DNA from: Myxococcota bacterium
Lineage (GTDB): Bacteria > Myxococcota_A > Polyangia > Nannocystales > Nannocystaceae
Assembly: GCA_039194325.1 (NCBI GenBank)
Contig: JBCCWC010000010.1
Coordinates: forward strand, 71,020 to 135,019
Length of the DNA stretch: 64,000 bases
Reading direction: 5' to 3'
Shown one piece after another: positions 59,376 to 64,000 of the stretch (within the stretch, counting starts at the first letter, position 1; each line of letters starts with the position of its first letter). The notes beneath the pieces are model-generated. The model was given only the letters and a program-made list of their open reading frames with translations. It did not search any database and had not been told where the DNA came from. The translations under genes and the position numbers were made by a program.

Positions 59376-60425
59376 ATGCTTGGCTCGCGCATGCCACGAT
59401 CCCGCTCATCGCCGCGCCTGACCCAGGCGCCGCGCCCGACCCAGGCGCCGCGCCTGACCCAGGCGCCGCGCCCGACCCCGGCGCCGCGCTCGACCCCGGC
59501 GCAGCGCTCGACCCAGGCGCAGCGCTCGACCCAGGCGCGACGCCTGTTGGGGCTGTTCGCGCTGGCGGGCCTGCCCGGCTGCACGGGCGAGCTGACGGTG
59601 CTTGCCGCCATGGCCTTCGGCATGACCCTGGGTGCCTGGGTGATCGGCTGGCAGCGTCAGCGTCGGGCGCTCTATGAGGCCGAAACCCTCCGTCGAGCGA
59701 TCGGCTCCGGGCAGCATCGCGACCTCGAGGACCAGCTACGCCGCGAGCTGGCGCTGGCCGAGGCCGGCGAGGCGGTCAGCCCCGAGCGACAGTGGTTGGC
59801 CCGCGCTCAGCTGGGAGGGCTGATGGTGGCCGAGTGGCGTCTCGACGAGGCGCGCGAGATCTACGGGACCACCGAAGACGAAGCGAAGCTGGCCCCTCAC
59901 CTGCGGGCGCTGGCCGCCTTTGGTCGCCACGAGCTGGCCGTGCTCACCGAGCAGCCCGACCAAGAGCGGCTGTCGGCGATCCAGCGTGACCGCGACTTGT
60001 GTCTCGAGCACGTCCCCAGCGTCTTTCGACGCGACGTGGAGCTGGCCTGGAACTCGGTGGAGGGGCTGTGCCTGGTCCGTATGGGTCGAGCGCGCGAGGC
60101 GATCGATCTGCTCGCGGGTGGGCTCAAGGCCCTCGAGTACAACCCGGCGCTCGTGGTCTACCTATTCCACTTGGGCCAGGCCTACGAGCATATCGGCGAG
60201 CGCAAGCTCGCCGCCGCTCGTTACGAAGAGGCCGCCCGCTCGTTTCCCGGCACTCGCTTGGCCAGCGAAGCGCAGTCGCGCCTCCGCGCGCTGACGCCCG
60301 GCGGTGACGGAAGTATGTTCCGCGCCATGCTGCCCGAGGCCCCCGCGGCGACCACCAGCACCGCGCTCGTGCCGATGGGTCCCGATACGGGCCCCGACCA
60401 TGATGGTGATCCAGAGCCACGCTGA
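59376..60425 (+). CDS. Membrane-anchored TPR protein
   Basis: Hydrophobic segment followed by TPR-like GLCLVRMGR..EA..LL and YLFHLGQAYE..G....A...YEEA. Start is 59376 or 59391. Confidence 0.75.
   Translation: MLGSRMPRSRSSPRLTQAPRPTQAPRLTQAPRPTPAPRSTPAQRSTQAQRSTQARRLLGLFALAGLPGCTGELTVLAAMAFGMTLGAWVIGWQRQRRALYEAETLRRAIGSGQHRDLEDQLRRELALAEAGEAVSPERQWLARAQLGGLMVAEWRLDEAREIYGTTEDEAKLAPHLRALAAFGRHELAVLTEQPDQERLSAIQRDRDLCLEHVPSVFRRDVELAWNSVEGLCLVRMGRAREAIDLLAGGLKALEYNPALVVYLFHLGQAYEHIGERKLAAARYEEAARSFPGTRLASEAQSRLRALTPGGDGSMFRAMLPEAPAATTSTALVPMGPDTGPDHDGDPEPR
59412..59537 (+). repeat. 18-bp in-frame tandem repeat x7
   Basis: Encodes PRLTQA/PRPTQA/QRSTQA units. Confidence 0.9.
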
Positions 60426-60680
60426 ACTACGCAATGAACCTCGGGTGACCCACCAGGGGACGCTTCTGGCTCGAAATGATCGGTGCGCTACCGCCGACGC
60501 CCTGCGCAAAACGCGAAATGCCCGCGGATCCGTCCGATCCGTGTTTTGCGCCAAGGGCCCGTAACTGCTTGGATCTTTTCGATTGGCACGGGTGCGTGAA
60601 CAGCGGGATTTACACAAATCTGATCGATCGGCCGTTCGCTTGGTAAATAGTTAAACAGATTGGTTACAAAGGACCTCAGA

Positions 60681-61538
60681 ATGGGCCGCATTCGTCGCGC
60701 GCTGAAGACCGTCAGTCACAGCATGTCCTATGCGCGGCACCTGGCGCGTGGCAACAGCTTCCCCGGCGACATGTCCTGGACCCGGCCGGGGAGTCCACCG
60801 GTCGTTCTTGCTCATGGCTTCATGGGCACCCGCGGAACGATGATACCGATGACCCAGCGGTTTCAGGCCGACGGGCGGGTGGTGTTCAGCTATCACCACG
60901 GTACGTTCCAGCTACGCTCGCTACGAGCCTCGGCGCAGCAGTTGGTCGAACATCTCGACCGGCTCCAGCGCGAGCTCGGGGTCGACCAGGTCGACGTGGT
61001 CGGGTTCAGCATGGGGGGGCTCATCGCCCTGCACGCGCTCAAGTTTCTCCAGGCTCAGCGCTGGGTCCGGCGCTTGGCCCTGCTCGGCTCGCCCACCAAT
61101 GGCACCTGGGTCGGGTTGGCGGGCGTAGGTACGGTAGGAATGGTGAGCCCCTCGGTTTGGCAGGTCTTGCCCACCAGCCCGTTCCTTCGCGACCTCCGCG
61201 AAGCGCCCATGCCCGATGGGGTTCGCGTTCGCCAGATCAGCGCCGCCCAGGACGCGTTCTGTCCGCTCCCCGATCTGCTCAAGGGTGTCGACAAGGAGCG
61301 CGACTACTTGGTGCTTCCCGGTGGTCACTCGTCGCTGGTGGTCGCTCAGGACTTTTACAGCAAGCTGCGCGAGTTCTTCGACGCGCCCGAGCCCCAACAG
61401 GCGGTGCACTCCGACTGTGCTCCCGCGGCAACCTCGTCCTGCCCACCGATCGGGCCGGTTGCCGCCCCGGCTCGTGCCGAGGCGCCGGTGGCCGAGTCCT
61501 CACCCGGCGATCCCTCTGCCGACGGCGCCGCGGCCTAA
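60681..61538 (+). CDS. Lipase/esterase-like alpha/beta hydrolase
   Basis: PVVLAHGF, GFSMGG, LGSP..G, D and GH. Confidence 0.88.
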   Translation: MGRIRRALKTVSHSMSYARHLARGNSFPGDMSWTRPGSPPVVLAHGFMGTRGTMIPMTQRFQADGRVVFSYHHGTFQLRSLRASAQQLVEHLDRLQRELGVDQVDVVGFSMGGLIALHALKFLQAQRWVRRLALLGSPTNGTWVGLAGVGTVGMVSPSVWQVLPTSPFLRDLREAPMPDGVRVRQISAAQDAFCPLPDLLKGVDKERDYLVLPGGHSSLVVAQDFYSKLREFFDAPEPQQAVHSDCAPAATSSCPPIGPVAAPARAEAPVAESSPGDPSADGAAA

Positions 61539-61570
61539 CGAGCTAGCCTGACGAGCTAGCCTGACGAGCT
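61533..61570. repeat. 13-bp tandem repeat x3 starting at the lipase stop codon
   Basis: GCCTAACGAGCTA GCCTGACGAGCTA GCCTGACGAGCT. Confidence 0.85.
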
Positions 61571-61612
61571 CGATGCCCCGACCGGTTGCTCGCCCGAGGC
61601 GCGAGCGCCGGC

Positions 61613-61951
61613 TCAAGCCGACGCACCGTTCGACGAGTCGAGCGCGAATGACTCGGCGATCAGGACCAGTAGATCGCCGCTCTCCATCTGCACCTCGAGC
61701 ATCGCGCCCTCGTTGGTCTGCACCGGGGCGCGCACTTCCTTGACCTCGATGCTCTCCCCCCACGGAAAGCGCCGCGGGCACTGGAGTGAGGTGAGATTGG
61801 TCGCCTCGATCTTGACCCGGTCGTTGGGACCTCCTCGCAGGGTCATGCGTAGCTTGCCCGAGGTCCAGTCCAACTGCAGGTAGACGAGGGTTGCCCCACT
61901 GAGTACGGACCACATCGTGGGGGTCGGAAGGTCGACGACGGAGCCGGCCAT
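61613..61951 (-). CDS. Hypothetical protein
   Basis: 112-aa ORF with typical codon bias, containing CPRRFPWG and MESGD. Confidence 0.65.
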   Translation of the reverse strand: MAGSVVDLPTPTMWSVLSGATLVYLQLDWTSGKLRMTLRGGPNDRVKIEATNLTSLQCPRRFPWGESIEVKEVRAPVQTNEGAMLEVQMESGDLLVLIAESFALDSSNGASA

Positions 61952-62070
61952 GGCCGGACCCTACCACACGATGTCTCGACGGCTCGGCGCCGATTCCCGA
62001 CTTGCACGGGAGCAAAACGAGCCGTCCCACTCATGGACGCTCGTGATTGCTCATGGTTGTTCGCGGTCGC

Positions 62071-63837
62071 TCACGGGCAGCTGATTCCGGCGATCGTGAT
62101 GTCGTCGACATTCCATCCCGAGCAGGTAAAGACCCCGGGGCTGTCGATGATGAAGCCGATCCGGATCTGCATCGCCGCATTGGCATAGGGCGAAAGATCA
62201 TAGAGGACGTTCGTCCACATCGCGTCCTCGACCCCCGGCGCGTTCCCGGTCTCCCACACCGTCTGCCACGCGACGCCGTCCCAGACCTGGATATGGTTTT
62301 GCATGAAGGGAAGGTAGTCGCTGTTGAGCCAGCGCCACATGTCCAGCTCGACCACGCCATAGCCGGTTGCGTCGAAGGGCGGGCTGGTCAGGTACCAGAA
62401 GGGATGCAATCCGGTCGATGCGTTGCCCCCGATCACCACCCCTGCAATCCCGTTGTCGTCGGTCGGCGTGTGGTCGAACTGAGGGTCTCCCTGACCACAG
62501 GCCCCTGGGGAGGGTGACTGAACCGCCGGTCCGATCTCCCACTCGGGGTCCAGCGTCCAGCCCAGCGAATTGTCGGAGAAATCCTCCTCGAGCAGGATCC
62601 CCCCTGGGCACGGCAGGCAGCCGGGTAGGCAGTACGTGCCGGTGTTGCCGTCGTCGCAGGCCTCACCGGCGGTCAGGTTGAGCACTCCGTCGCCGCACTG
62701 CGGGGTGGTGCAGTCGATGTCACACATCGCCGACTCGCCGCTGTCGTCGCAGATCTCGCCGGCCGAGACGTTCGTGTAACCATCACCACACTGCGGTGCG
62801 GTGCAGTCGGGGTCACACGAGGGCGACTCGATCATGGTGTCGCAGACCTCGCCGGCGGTGACGTTGATGATGCCATCGCCGCACATCACGGGGGTGCAGT
62901 CGGTGTCGCATTCGAGCGATTCGCCGCCATCGTCGCAGGTCTCGCCGGCGGACAGGTTGAGCAGCCCGTCGCCACACTCCGAGGAGGTGCAGTCCGCGTC
63001 ACAGGCGGGTGACTCGCCCGCCGTGTCGCACTGCTCGCCGGTCGCGATGTTGATGACCCCGTCGCCGCACTCGGGCAGGGTGCAGTCGATGTCGCATTGC
63101 TCGGATACCCCCATGTCGTCGCAGATCTCGCCCGAGGTCGCGTTGACGAACCCGTCGCCGCAGTCGGCCGGAGAGCAGTCGGGGTCGCAGGTGGTTGACT
63201 CGCCGGCGTCGTCGCAGAACTCGCCGGCGTTGGGGTTGGTCGTCCCGTCGCCGCACATCGCCAGGGTGCAATCGTCGTCGCACCCCGCCGACAGGCCGCC
63301 GTCGTCGCACTGCTCGCCGGCCGCCATGTTGACGACCCCGTCGCCGCAGGTGACCACGGTGCAGTTGTCGTTGCAGGTGTCGCTGCGACCACCGTCGTCG
63401 CAGGTCTCGCCAGCCATGGTGTTGACGACCCCGTCGCCGCACGTCGGCGTGGTGCAGTCGACTTCACAGCTCGCCGTCTGCTCCCCGTCGTCGCACTGCT
63501 CGCCGGCGGCAGTGTTGGTGATCCCGTCGCCGCAAGCGGCCGCGGTGCAATCTTTGTTGCAGGTGGCCGACTCACCCTCGTCATCGCATTGCTCCTCGCC
63601 GTCGACCACTCCGTCGCCACAGATGGCCATGCCCGTCGAGCTACCGTCGTCGGGATCGCTGCTCGTCGCGTCGTCGCCGGTGCCCTCTTGAGGCGAGTCG
63701 TCGCCGCTGCTGCTGCCCGTGTCGTCGCCGCTGCTCGAGTCGCCACGCATGGGGACGACCGTCTGTGGCGTACAGCAGGCCAGCACCAGCAGGGTGGATG
63801 TCGCAATGGTGAGGGGCGAAGTAGAGTCGACGCGCAT
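62071..63837 (-). CDS. Cys-rich repeat (DUF4215-like) lipoprotein with a C-terminal MAM/jelly-roll-like domain
   Basis: Lipobox VLAC and ~11 CGDG..N..AGE.CDD repeats. The C-terminal domain has LTSP.FD and GWNVDDI.I. Confidence 0.88.
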   Translation of the reverse strand: MRVDSTSPLTIATSTLLVLACCTPQTVVPMRGDSSSGDDTGSSSGDDSPQEGTGDDATSSDPDDGSSTGMAICGDGVVDGEEQCDDEGESATCNKDCTAAACGDGITNTAAGEQCDDGEQTASCEVDCTTPTCGDGVVNTMAGETCDDGGRSDTCNDNCTVVTCGDGVVNMAAGEQCDDGGLSAGCDDDCTLAMCGDGTTNPNAGEFCDDAGESTTCDPDCSPADCGDGFVNATSGEICDDMGVSEQCDIDCTLPECGDGVINIATGEQCDTAGESPACDADCTSSECGDGLLNLSAGETCDDGGESLECDTDCTPVMCGDGIINVTAGEVCDTMIESPSCDPDCTAPQCGDGYTNVSAGEICDDSGESAMCDIDCTTPQCGDGVLNLTAGEACDDGNTGTYCLPGCLPCPGGILLEEDFSDNSLGWTLDPEWEIGPAVQSPSPGACGQGDPQFDHTPTDDNGIAGVVIGGNASTGLHPFWYLTSPPFDATGYGVVELDMWRWLNSDYLPFMQNHIQVWDGVAWQTVWETGNAPGVEDAMWTNVLYDLSPYANAAMQIRIGFIIDSPGVFTCSGWNVDDITIAGISCP

Positions 63838-63900
63838 ATCGAGATCCCGCCACCGGGTCCATGCCCGGTGGCGATCTCGATGGTACCCGAATGCCTCGCG

Positions 63901-63999
63901 CTACAGGCCCAGATCGTCGTCGATCGGTGCGCCGCAGGCTAGCCACTCCCCCAGCCGCCGGCGCTCCTCGTCGTCGGGCGGCCCCACGGGGGGCATGGT
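63901..63999 (-). CDS. C-terminal fragment of a probable cytochrome c-like protein, truncated by the window edge
   Basis: Manual translation TMPPVGPPDDEERRRLGEWLACGAPIDDDLGL* shows the MPP...E...L..W...GAP pattern. Confidence 0.55.
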   Translation of the reverse strand, partial: TMPPVGPPDDEERRRLGEWLACGAPIDDDLGL

Positions 64000-64000
64000 G

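Noticed and set aside
1..64000. tRNA, rRNA, IS, integrase or prophage genes
   Set aside because: None were recognised by eye. tRNAscan-SE, Infernal and ISEScan would be needed to exclude them formally.

Overview
GC-rich bacterial DNA with about 45 CDSs. The gene repertoire (DUF4215-type Cys-rich lipoproteins, a DUF1552/DUF1592 pair, DUF2330 with a MYXO-CTERM-like tail) points to a myxobacterium, probably Nannocystaceae-like (inference). I saw no rRNA, tRNA, CRISPR array, integrase or transposase. Main content: (1) a split cluster of three ATP-grasp ligases, an S51-type peptidase and two esterases; (2) a FAD oxidase, Tat-signal partner protein and DyP peroxidase operon; (3) many secreted Cys-rich lipoproteins, including a tandem paralog pair; (4) Fic and ParE-type toxin genes; (5) a ~3.6-kb integrase-free island carrying a low-GC TIR + helical-repeat protein. 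The most striking non-coding signal is that three unrelated genes (MBL hydrolase, DyP, Cys/Met PLP enzyme) each have a diverged duplicate of their 3' end, stop codon included, lying downstream as a direct repeat with cargo DNA in between. All product calls come from motifs read by eye; no database searches were run.
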